A stretch of 24,000 nt of DNA from an uncultured Acidobacteriota bacterium. Lineage in GTDB: Bacteria > Acidobacteriota > UBA6911 > RPQK01 > JAPXNP01. Shown one piece after another: positions 1 through 7,670 of this stretch. The DNA lies in assembly GCA_963777605.1 (NCBI GenBank), contig CAVZRV010000011.1, positions 143,145-167,144 of the forward strand, written 5' to 3'. A program made the position numbers and the translations under genes. Below the pieces are notes generated by a model. The model did not search any database. It was given only the letters and a program-made list of their open reading frames with translations, and was not told the origin of the DNA. Position 1 is the first letter of the stretch, and the number at the start of each line of letters is the position of its first letter.

Positions 1-62
1 AACATCACGGTCCGGCAAGACCGGTCCGATGAGCCTGACGGGTCCGATCCGTCGGGCAACTT

Positions 63-1355
63 TTACTTGCTCCGGGATTCCAGGTGCATCCTGGCAAACT
101 TGATGTACTGCTCCCAGTCGTACGTGGTGACGTCGTGGCCCCCGCTTCGGATGTGGTAGCTGATCGTTCCGATCACCGGATGATCGACCGGAGGCATCTC
201 CTGCGTGTCCAGTCCACCCGCTCCCAGAAGCCGGTAGACCGGATCGGCGTTTTTCGCGGCGAGGAATTCCCCCCGGGGATCCGCCCAGAGGTCCTCGGCA
301 GCACTCGCAACGTAGAGGGGGCGCGGGGCGATCAGAGCCAGAAGTTCATGCTGATCGACAGGCAACTGGTCTTCCCGGCCGTTGTACTGCTTGAAATTGG
401 CGCAGAACCAGTAGGGGAACGCAGTATTGATGGCCTCGACCGTCTCGCCGAAGCGACGGCGTGAAAGTGCGGCGCCACCACAGCCGGAGTCGTTCGATAT
501 CACCATGGCGAAACGCTGGTCCTGCGCCCCGGCCCACAGAGCCGTCTTTCCCAGGCGGGAGTGTCCCATAACAATCACCCGGCGACGGGCAACGTCGTCG
601 TCCTTCTCGAGGTAATCCATCACCCGGCTCAAACCGTAAGCCCAGGCGCCGATCGATCCCCACTGGTCCGAGGCGGGCATGCGCTGGCCCAACAGGAAGA
701 AGTAGCGGTGGATCCCGGCCTTGTATTCGTCGTCGTAGTCCGGGTCAATGTCCCCGTAGTAGGCTGTGGCCACGCCGAAACCGCTCTTCAGGATCAACTC
801 GAGGGGCCATCGGCCGGCACTCGCTCCGCGTGTCGCTTCGGTAGCCTTGTGATCGCTGATCCCAAGGGCCTCGTTGTTGCGCACCCACGCGTCGGTAACC
901 GGGACTCCCGGGTCGCTGCTGATCGACTGGTTGCCCTGGAAATTGAGCCCCAGAAAAACCGGTGCGGGCCCGCTGACCTGGTTCGGAAGGTAGAGAAGCA
1001 GGTTCAGAAAAGGCCCTTGATCGCTCCGGGTCAAGCCCACCCGGACCAGCTTGCGGGTAGCCAGTCCCCCCAGCGCGTTCCGGTCCCGATCGGTCACCTT
1101 GTAGGGCAACTCTCGAGCAAGCGGCGGGGCTTCCCCGTAAACCTGAGATCTGAAAAGCTTAAGAATTTCCGGCCGGCGCTTCTCGAACCAGGTCGCCACG
1201 TCCGTAACCGGCGTGCCGTCAGCGAGAACCAGAGGATTCGGCAAGGTGTACTGGGGAACCTTGCTCTCGTCGTAATTTGGTTGCTTGGTTGCATTTTGGC
1301 CCAACCCAACTCCAACCAGCAACAACCCGATCAGTCCCACCCCAAGATTCTTCAC
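63..1355 (-). CDS. Secreted serine hydrolase, carbohydrate esterase family 15 (glucuronoyl esterase)-like
   Basis: 430-aa ORF with GTG start behind a G-rich SD-like run. Hydrophobic signal-like N-terminus (LGVGLIGLLLVGVGLG). Nucleophile elbow GHSRLGK fits the CE15 G-x-S-R-x-G signature as I recall it, and there is a C-terminal SGGH...W segment. The overlapping plus-strand ORF 561..1442 has no recognisable motifs. Confidence 0.7.
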   Translation of the reverse strand: MKNLGVGLIGLLLVGVGLGQNATKQPNYDESKVPQYTLPNPLVLADGTPVTDVATWFEKRRPEILKLFRSQVYGEAPPLARELPYKVTDRDRNALGGLATRKLVRVGLTRSDQGPFLNLLLYLPNQVSGPAPVFLGLNFQGNQSISSDPGVPVTDAWVRNNEALGISDHKATEATRGASAGRWPLELILKSGFGVATAYYGDIDPDYDDEYKAGIHRYFFLLGQRMPASDQWGSIGAWAYGLSRVMDYLEKDDDVARRRVIVMGHSRLGKTALWAGAQDQRFAMVISNDSGCGGAALSRRRFGETVEAINTAFPYWFCANFKQYNGREDQLPVDQHELLALIAPRPLYVASAAEDLWADPRGEFLAAKNADPVYRLLGAGGLDTQEMPPVDHPVIGTISYHIRSGGHDVTTYDWEQYIKFARMHLESRSK

Positions 1356-1553
1356 AGCACCCCCCGGAAGTCAGAGAACCCGGCCAGGGGGCGCCCTGGA
1401 GAAACTCGGCAGTCATCCCCCGGTTGGCCGACTCAGGCTTGATTTTCCACATTTGTTTGGACGAGGTAAAGAGAAACGGACCCGGGAGTCGGACCGGCGG
1501 GCATCATGGGGTCCCCATTCGTCGATCAGTACTGAAACCTGCAACATTGAACG

Positions 1554-1588
1554 ATGAGTCCCCCGCCAATGGAACGGGGGACCCTCAT
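1554..1588 (-). terminator. GC-rich hairpin downstream of the radical SAM gene (candidate intrinsic terminator, weak U tract)
   Basis: 7-bp stem tcccccg/cggggga (1559-1565 with 1575-1581) plus 5-bp outer stem atgag/ctcat, a 2-nt bulge and a 9-nt loop. It starts 41 nt past the stop at 1629. The trailing minus-strand sequence cgttcaatgtt is only moderately U-rich. Confidence 0.3.
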
Positions 1589-1628
1589 AGTTCGCCGAAC
1601 GGCCTGGCCAATCGACCGGATTCAGATC

Positions 1629-2897
1629 TCAGAAACTGCCGGTAACGCCACGGAACCGGTTCTTGGCCTGTTTGGCCAGCCACTTAACTACCCGCATGTC
1701 GTCGTAACAGTGCCCGACGATCGAGTTCAGGGTCGAGAAACAGGTCGTGTTGCAGCTCTTCTTCATTTCGTCGAGCTGCACCAGTTCGAAGCGGTCGGCT
1801 TCAATCGTTCCCCAGTTGTAGGTCGCATCGTACATTGGGAAGCACGGGGCCAGCGTCCCGTCCTCCCGGATAATCAGCGTGTTCTGGCCGGCACGGCAGG
1901 GCCACGGCTCCACCTTGCCCCTCATCATGTTTTTCATGTTAAGCAGCTGGTCTATGGGATTGGCCATCTTGTATCCCGACTGATGCTTCTCCACCAGCCA
2001 GTCAATCAAGGCATCGATCTTCGGGTAATCCTCCGGCGTGATGAACGTGCTGTTCCCGCTCTGGTGCTTGAAGCTGTCGTGCTCCATCATCGGAGACTCG
2101 TTGATGTGATAGTCGGTTGCGATCTTGTGCTTGTGCCCGATCTCCGTCAATTCCATCACATCGTCCACGTTGATCCGGGTGATATTGATATTCAGAAAGG
2201 CCGAGTAGCCGAAATAGCGCTGCATCTCGACCATGTACTCGAAGTTCTCCCAGATCGGCTTGATCGCCTTGGGCAATTCAGGGCGGTCCTCAACGCTGTC
2301 CACGGCGAGGTTGATCACGGCGATGCCGGAATCACCCAGCCGATCCATGACTTTCGGTCTCAGCAGCCTCCCGTTCGTTGCCAGGTATACGAAAAAGCCT
2401 TTCTTGGCGGCGTAATCGGTTACCTTGTGCACGAACGGCCAGCGCACCAGCGGCTCTCCGCCCATCAGCGCCAGCACGCGGCAACCGATGTCGTCGAGCC
2501 AGTCGATCGAACGCTTGGCCGCGTCATCGCTCATCCCCTTGACCTTGTTGTTGTAGGCCCAGCAGTAATGACAGTCGAGGTTGCACTTGTAGTCGGTGAA
2601 CAGGTAAGCCACGATTGGCCGCAATTCCTTGGAGTGCCAGCGGGACTTGAAATAGGGCACTCCCCAGGCTTTCCAGGCTCTCCAGCCGTTGACCTTGTTG
2701 TATTCCGAATCGGTCAACCGGTGGAGCTTCGCTTCCGGCCGCTGCGGAAATACCGGTTCTGGAAGAACCTGCGGGTCCCCTTTCGGTTGGACCTGGTTCC
2801 GCCCTTCAGCACTCATCAGTTCATCGTGTACGCTCGTATCCAGTCGAAACAACGGTTCGTTGGTTGGCTTTGGAGTCGGCGTTTGAAGGCTACTCAC
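1629..2897 (-). CDS. Radical SAM enzyme with C-terminal SPASM/twitch-like Cys motif; substrate unknown
   Basis: 422-aa ORF. GTG start at 2897 is preceded by AAGGAG with a 7-nt spacer. Canonical CxxxCxxC (CNLDCHYC, residues 105-112, nt 2562-2585), then a GGEPL SAM-binding-type motif. C-terminal C334-x12-G-x4-C352 fits the SPASM/twitch CX9-15GX4C pattern, followed by C382-x3-C386-x10-C397. About 95 N-terminal residues are Pro/Gln/Glu-rich and look disordered. Confidence 0.85.
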   Translation of the reverse strand: MSSLQTPTPKPTNEPLFRLDTSVHDELMSAEGRNQVQPKGDPQVLPEPVFPQRPEAKLHRLTDSEYNKVNGWRAWKAWGVPYFKSRWHSKELRPIVAYLFTDYKCNLDCHYCWAYNNKVKGMSDDAAKRSIDWLDDIGCRVLALMGGEPLVRWPFVHKVTDYAAKKGFFVYLATNGRLLRPKVMDRLGDSGIAVINLAVDSVEDRPELPKAIKPIWENFEYMVEMQRYFGYSAFLNINITRINVDDVMELTEIGHKHKIATDYHINESPMMEHDSFKHQSGNSTFITPEDYPKIDALIDWLVEKHQSGYKMANPIDQLLNMKNMMRGKVEPWPCRAGQNTLIIREDGTLAPCFPMYDATYNWGTIEADRFELVQLDEMKKSCNTTCFSTLNSIVGHCYDDMRVVKWLAKQAKNRFRGVTGSF

Positions 2898-3164
2898 AGC
2901 TTAACTCCTTTCTGAATCGCGAAGAGCCACTTCTGCAACAAGAATCGCCCCCTCTCCAAGAGCGGTCACGTGACTCACCTGGTTCGGGAACCCGCCAGTT
3001 CAGGAGACGGAATATCGTTTGATGACCGCCTTAACGCACATGAAACTGTTCTTCTTGCCTAAGGGCGTGATTTCTCTTGCGAGCAATTAATACCATCGTA
3101 GGGAATTTTCCCTGACCTTACAAGGTCCAAATTCACCTCAGGCCGCCCCGCTTCTCGATCCATC

Positions 3165-4364
3165 TCAATAATAACGCCCGACCAAAGGGTGATCGACAAT
3201 GGCCCGTTTCAACTCGAGGGGATCAATCGCGCCCTGCACCCTGTATATTACCCGGCCGCCGGGCTCGACCAGAACGGTGTAAGGAAGCGCGCCATTCCAC
3301 GCCGGATCGACCGCCTCGATCAGCGCATACTGATCATCCAGCGCGAACTGAAGATTGCGTACCGCCGACTCCTTGCTTTCGAGGAACTCGAGAACTTTGT
3401 CACGGTTCTCTGGAGCGTCGGCGGAAAGCGACACGAACTCGAAGGCTCGCTCCTTGTACATGCGGTTGATCTTGATGAATTCCGGATATTCGATGACGCA
3501 CGGTCCACACCAGGTGGCCCAGACATTGATAAGCCGGAGCTTATCCGTGTCGTTCGCGAGTAGAGCCCTGACTCCCTCGACGTCAGCCGGCTCGAGAGAT
3601 ACGGTGGCCTCGGACCATTCCTGATCCACTTTCTTCTTCCAATCGCTCTTCCAGGCCCACTTCGTCGAACAACCGAATGACTTGGTTACCGGGGTCGGTA
3701 CCGACTGACCCGAAAGCACGGCATCGAGAGCGGCGCGCAGGTCTTCCGCATTCGCCGTTCCGGGCTTCTCCGAACTGTCCAGCCGGCCGGTGTAGCGGAG
3801 AATCCGGTCGCTGTCGAAAACAAAAGCGTGGGGCGTCGCAACGGGCCCGTACTGAATCGACATCTCCTGGGTATCGCCATCGTAGAGATACGGGAAGTTG
3901 AAGCCGGCGTCGGCCGAACGAATCTGCATCTCCCCGTAGCTGTCGCCCATGTCCGCGTAACCCAATTCTTCGTAGAGCAAACCCAGAGGAGAGTTCGGTG
4001 AAACCGCCACCACCTGCACCCCTCGGGAGCGGTAGTCGTCGGTCAGCCTCCTGATCCGCTCCTCGTAGGCTTGCGCAGTTGGACAGTGATTGCAGGTGAA
4101 GATAATCGTCAGTGCCGGAGAGTCCGCGAAATCAGCCAGGCTGTAGTATCGCCCATCGACACCCGGGAGCCAGAAATCAGGAGCTGGAGAACCGATGGCG
4201 AGGGTCTCAACACTGGTTTCCGGCACGGGCTGTGGGGCGGGCTTGAACTCGGCAGAATCGCGGGAAGAAGTGCAGGAAACAAGCAGAGCCATCAACAGAG
4301 AACTGATCCCGATTCCAGTGACTGAGTCTGGTTTCATCATATTGCTCAGCCTATCAAACTGCAC
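3165..4364 (-). CDS. Lipoprotein with two tandem thioredoxin-fold (TlpA/redoxin-like) domains
   Basis: 399-aa ORF with a lipobox-like LLVSC after a hydrophobic segment. Domain 1 carries FTCNHCP (CxxC), domain 2 carries WATWCGPC (classic WCGPC). The start is ambiguous (GTG 4364 or ATG-ATG at 4340); neither has a strong SD. Confidence 0.8.
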   Translation of the reverse strand: MQFDRLSNMMKPDSVTGIGISSLLMALLVSCTSSRDSAEFKPAPQPVPETSVETLAIGSPAPDFWLPGVDGRYYSLADFADSPALTIIFTCNHCPTAQAYEERIRRLTDDYRSRGVQVVAVSPNSPLGLLYEELGYADMGDSYGEMQIRSADAGFNFPYLYDGDTQEMSIQYGPVATPHAFVFDSDRILRYTGRLDSSEKPGTANAEDLRAALDAVLSGQSVPTPVTKSFGCSTKWAWKSDWKKKVDQEWSEATVSLEPADVEGVRALLANDTDKLRLINVWATWCGPCVIEYPEFIKINRMYKERAFEFVSLSADAPENRDKVLEFLESKESAVRNLQFALDDQYALIEAVDPAWNGALPYTVLVEPGGRVIYRVQGAIDPLELKRAIVDHPLVGRYY

Positions 4365-4391
4365 CGTGTCGAGGGAGAGAAAACGGGCCGC

Positions 4392-5559
4392 CTAGAACAC
4401 CCTGAAAATCGCCAGCTTCAGGTAGGCCGTCTCGGGCATGGCAGGGTTCACCGGGTGGTCGGGTCCTTGTCCTCTGCGCTCGAGGAGCTGCAGCGTCCTT
4501 CCGGACCGTGCCGCGGCATGGCGAATGACCTGGAAGAAAACATCCTCCCGCAAATGGAATGAGCAAGATGCCGTCACCAGAAATCCCGCCGGGTTGAGGA
4601 CCTTGAGCGCGAGCTCATTTACTCGCTGGTAAGCCTTGCGGGCTCGTCCCACATCCTTCTTGCGAGGTGCGAACGAGGGGGGATCGAGAATGACCACGTC
4701 GAACCGCGCTCCACCGTCGATCGCACCCTGGAGGTATCGAAAGACGTCGGCCTCCACTCCGTCCACCCTCAGCCCGTTCAGCCGGGCGTTTTCCCGGACG
4801 GCCGCGATCGCCTCGGAGGAAGAGTCGACCGCTACCACGGAATCGGCTCCGGCCCGGGCGGCGGCCAGGGCAAATCCTCCCTGGTTGCAAAAACAGTCGA
4901 GGACCCGCTGTCCGCTGCAGTAGCCGGCGGCAGCCTTTCGATTCCACTTCTGATCGAGGAAAAACCCGGTCTTTTGTCCGGCCAGAAGATCGGCGCGGTA
5001 CCGAATCCCGTTTTCGACGATTTCCGAAGGGGCCGTGTACTTGCCGCAGATAACGCCCCGCTTCTGAGGCAACCCTTCGAGACGGCGCAAGTCGGAGTCG
5101 TTACGTTCCAGAATCGCGGCTGGGTGAAAGCGCTCGTCCAAAACCGTAGTCAAGACGTCCACGGCACGGTCCATGGCGCACGACAGCGTCTGAACCACGA
5201 TAGAATCACCGAATCGATCGACGATCAGCCCTGGAAGCAGGTCGCTCTCCCCATGAACCAGTCGGTAGGACGTTTCGCCCGGCAGGAGCCTCTCGCGAAG
5301 CCTCGCGGCAGAGCCGATCCTTGCCTCGAAGAAGTCCCGTCCCAGTTCGCTGACACCCAACCCCCAGCATCCGGGCAGTAATCAGCGAATGAGGGTGATA
5401 AGCAGCGGTCCCAAGTGAGCTTCCGTTGTGGGCGACCACTTCCACCAGGTCACCGGCTGCAGCTCCTTCCGGGAACTGGGCCACCTCGTTGGAAAATACC
5501 CAGAGGTGCCCCTGTCGCAATCGTCGCTCTTCGCGAGGTCTCAATCCGAGTCGCAACAT
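4392..5559 (-). pseudogene. rlmI: RlmI/YccW-family SAM-dependent rRNA (m5C) methyltransferase (PUA + MTase), split by a 1-nt frame break in a G5 run
   Basis: The C-terminal 322 aa (4392..5360) contain YRLVHGESDLLPGLIVDRFGD and a class-I MTase core. The PUA-like N-terminus MLRLGLRPREERRLRQGHLWVFSNEV...HSLITARMLG is read in a different frame, starting at ATG 5559 (alternative ATG 5592). It resembles the E. coli RlmI N-terminus recalled from memory. The frames meet at ctg ggg g ttg (C5 on the plus strand, 5361-5365). Confidence 0.75.
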
Positions 5560-5748
5560 AGCTTCGTCTGTCAGATTAGCACCCCCGCCCATTCGACGAC
5601 CAGCCGATGCTCGTGGCGACAGCCGCCGGGCTGATCTCCTCTGACCGGTGGAGTCAACGGGCCGCGGTAGCCGCCGCCGCCCTGCATCAGCCGATCCGGT
5701 GCGAAGCGGTCTAAAACCGTTTAACTGAAACAGCTTCTTGGATATCCT

Positions 5749-6360
5749 ATGGTTCCAATGTTTGAGTACATGAGGAATCAACGACAGAACCAGCGAAGCA
5801 CTTCCCCAATTCTCGTAGCCGGCCTCCTGGCCCTTACATTCGGCTCCTGGCTGCGAGCAGAGGATGTCACCGTCACCGGGAGCATCGAACCGGGCCAGTG
5901 CTCCACGTGGGCTTGGGCCGACCAGGAAAAGGTTCCCATCTTCGATCCACTCGCATCTCCCGACTCTGAAGCCAGCCGTCAACAGATTCGAGAGTTGGAC
6001 GGGCTGATTCGCTCTACGGTCGAGGGCTTGATCCGAAAGAGGGGTTGGCAGAAAGCCTCACCCGCAGCCTGCCAGGTGAGTTACTCGTTGATCCAGGACC
6101 TCGACCTTGACGTCGCCCGATATGAGACTGGCGGCATGGTTCCAGGAAATATCGTCGACTCCGGCGGCAGGCTGGATGTTGCCGGCACCGATTCCTACAT
6201 GAGAAAGAAAGGAACCTTCACCCTGGACATTTCGACTGGGGACCCCGCCGTAAGAATCTGGAGAGGCACCCTTGCCGACTCGCTTGGACACGGGAAAGAG
6301 GTCTCGAAGAATTCCCTGAAGCTCGTAAAGGAAGTGACAAAATCGGTACCGAAACGGTGA
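5749..6360 (+). CDS. Secreted hypothetical protein, DUF4136-like
   Basis: 203-aa ORF with a signal-like segment (ILVAGLLALTFGSWLRA|ED). The C-terminal GTFTLDISTGDPAVRIWRGTLADSL resembles the DUF4136 pattern (GTLvIdl.d....lvWrG.a) as I remember it. The start may be the internal Met at codon 8. Confidence 0.55.
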   Translation: MVPMFEYMRNQRQNQRSTSPILVAGLLALTFGSWLRAEDVTVTGSIEPGQCSTWAWADQEKVPIFDPLASPDSEASRQQIRELDGLIRSTVEGLIRKRGWQKASPAACQVSYSLIQDLDLDVARYETGGMVPGNIVDSGGRLDVAGTDSYMRKKGTFTLDISTGDPAVRIWRGTLADSLGHGKEVSKNSLKLVKEVTKSVPKR

Positions 6361-6581
6361 GGTCGCAATTGTTGAGCGCCGGGCCGCGGGATTTTTGGAG
6401 TTTGAGATCATTCGGAATCCGGGTGGCTGCTCGGCGTAGTTCACAATTCCTCCCCGAATCGGAAACTTTTGGCCTCAAACGGCTATCTTTACAAAGGGAC
6501 TCACTTCATGCCCGGTCTTATCTCGCCTGTGGGACTGCAGCCGGCATCCACGGCGAAGCTCGAATTCCCTGAAAGTGGTGT

Positions 6582-7574
6582 ATGAGCAAATCGGCTCTGT
6601 CCAAGATACTGATTGGCGGAAATCGAAATCCGCGTGAACTCGGCCCGCAGTCGAAATCCGCACACGAGGGATCCGCTTCCGAGCACCCGGCGACCCCGGA
6701 CGGTGGCCGCCATCGCCATGCCTCACTCTACGACGACACCCTCTCCAACCGTTCCGAGTGGCGCTGGAGTTCGCTGATCTGGGGTTTCGTTGCGCTGATT
6801 GTCGTTGCCGGGGTGGTCGCGGTATTCCTGGGCTCTTCCGCAGACCAACAGGTCCTCGAACTGGCCGAGACCAAGGCAAAGGTCGCCGACGAATCTGAAC
6901 TGTCCAAAGTGGTCTCGGAGGTCCGCGACCGGGACGCGACAGCCGCAAGCGGGGAACCTTCATCCACGCCCGATACAGCGCCGCAGAAGGTTTCAACACA
7001 CGATCAGACCACTCCTGTGCGGCCGCCGACTCGACCTGCAACGCAACAGGAAATCGCCGCTCCCCCCGCCGGGGAAGCAGCATCCACGTCGAAGACCCCT
7101 GCGGTCCTGACCGGGGAGACGACAAAGCCCCCGTCACCGCAACCGGTCACAACCGCCCCCGCCAAGGAGAACTTGGCTCCCTCGTCAACTCAGGATCCGA
7201 CAGCCTCGGCGCCGGCTGCGTCCGCTCAGGAGACGAACCCGACGCAGGCCAAGGCAAAACCCGGCCAGGTCGTCGAGGAGGAGCAGGCGCCTGCCGAAGA
7301 ACCCGCCGGACCGCCGCCTGAAAACAAGGCAGCATACGATGCTTTGATTCAAGACTCCCAAGTGGCGGCCAAGATTGTCGTCGGCGCCTTTCCAACGCTG
7401 ACCTACCAGACCTGGAGAGTAGTCCAGAAGAACGATCGCGAGGTCTGGATCGACCTGATCGCAAACTGGACTGACAGCGGTTCAGAAGTCCACTTCATTT
7501 GGGCGGTCAGCCGCGATGGTAAGACCGTGAGAGCCTTGAGCGAGGCGGCCCGGAATCTCGTGCGGGAAGGCTGA
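6582..7574 (+). CDS. Single-pass membrane-anchored protein with a long Pro/Thr/Ala/Glu-rich linker and a small C-terminal globular domain
   Basis: 330-aa ORF with one hydrophobic helix (SLIWGFVALIVVAGVVAVFLG). About 170 aa of low-complexity P/T/A/Q/E sequence, then about 80 aa of ordered-looking sequence (TLTYQTWRVVQKNDREVWIDLIANW...). The antisense ORF 6475..7137 is Arg/Pro-rich junk. No family recognised. Confidence 0.55.
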   Translation: MSKSALSKILIGGNRNPRELGPQSKSAHEGSASEHPATPDGGRHRHASLYDDTLSNRSEWRWSSLIWGFVALIVVAGVVAVFLGSSADQQVLELAETKAKVADESELSKVVSEVRDRDATAASGEPSSTPDTAPQKVSTHDQTTPVRPPTRPATQQEIAAPPAGEAASTSKTPAVLTGETTKPPSPQPVTTAPAKENLAPSSTQDPTASAPAASAQETNPTQAKAKPGQVVEEEQAPAEEPAGPPPENKAAYDALIQDSQVAAKIVVGAFPTLTYQTWRVVQKNDREVWIDLIANWTDSGSEVHFIWAVSRDGKTVRALSEAARNLVREG

Positions 7575-7670
7575 CAGTTCTTCCACAACCCATTTTCCGC
7601 CTGTTGCATTTCCGGACCCATCGAGATGGCGATCAGCCGTCGAACCCCGTGTTAGACTGGTCGTTTACAC

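Noticed and set aside
1554-2915. 453-aa plus-strand ORF, longer than the minus-strand gene it overlaps
   Set aside because: It is the antisense shadow of the radical SAM gene. The minus strand carries CxxxCxxC, GGEPL and SPASM-like motifs and a proper SD. The plus-strand product is Val/Arg/His-rich with no motif. Long antisense ORFs are expected in GC-rich DNA.
2965-2974. Perfect 10-bp palindrome GTCACGTGAC about 70 nt upstream of the radical SAM start (possible operator)
   Set aside because: About 20 perfect 10-bp palindromes are expected by chance in 24 kb. There is no second copy or flanking promoter element to support a binding site.
5593-5982. Upstream extension of minus-strand ORF 5206..5982 (would add about 130 aa before the PUA domain and overlap the DUF4136-like gene start)
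   Set aside because: The extension is Arg/Gly/Ser-rich with no similarity to RlmI N-termini. The RlmI-like sequence begins at MLRLGLRPREERRL (ATG 5559). The frame is open only for lack of stops.
6371-6400. GC-rich segment followed by T5 (gcgccgggccgcgggatttttgg) after the DUF4136-like gene, as an intrinsic terminator
   Set aside because: I could not draw a stem longer than 3-4 bp in the GC-rich part, so the hairpin requirement is not met by manual folding.
7641-7654. CGAACCCCGTGTTA upstream of uvrA, resembling a Cheo/SOS box (GAAC-N4-GTTC)
   Set aside because: The second half-site is TGTT, not GTTC, and the LexA motif of this unknown lineage is not known to me. One degenerate half-site is not evidence.
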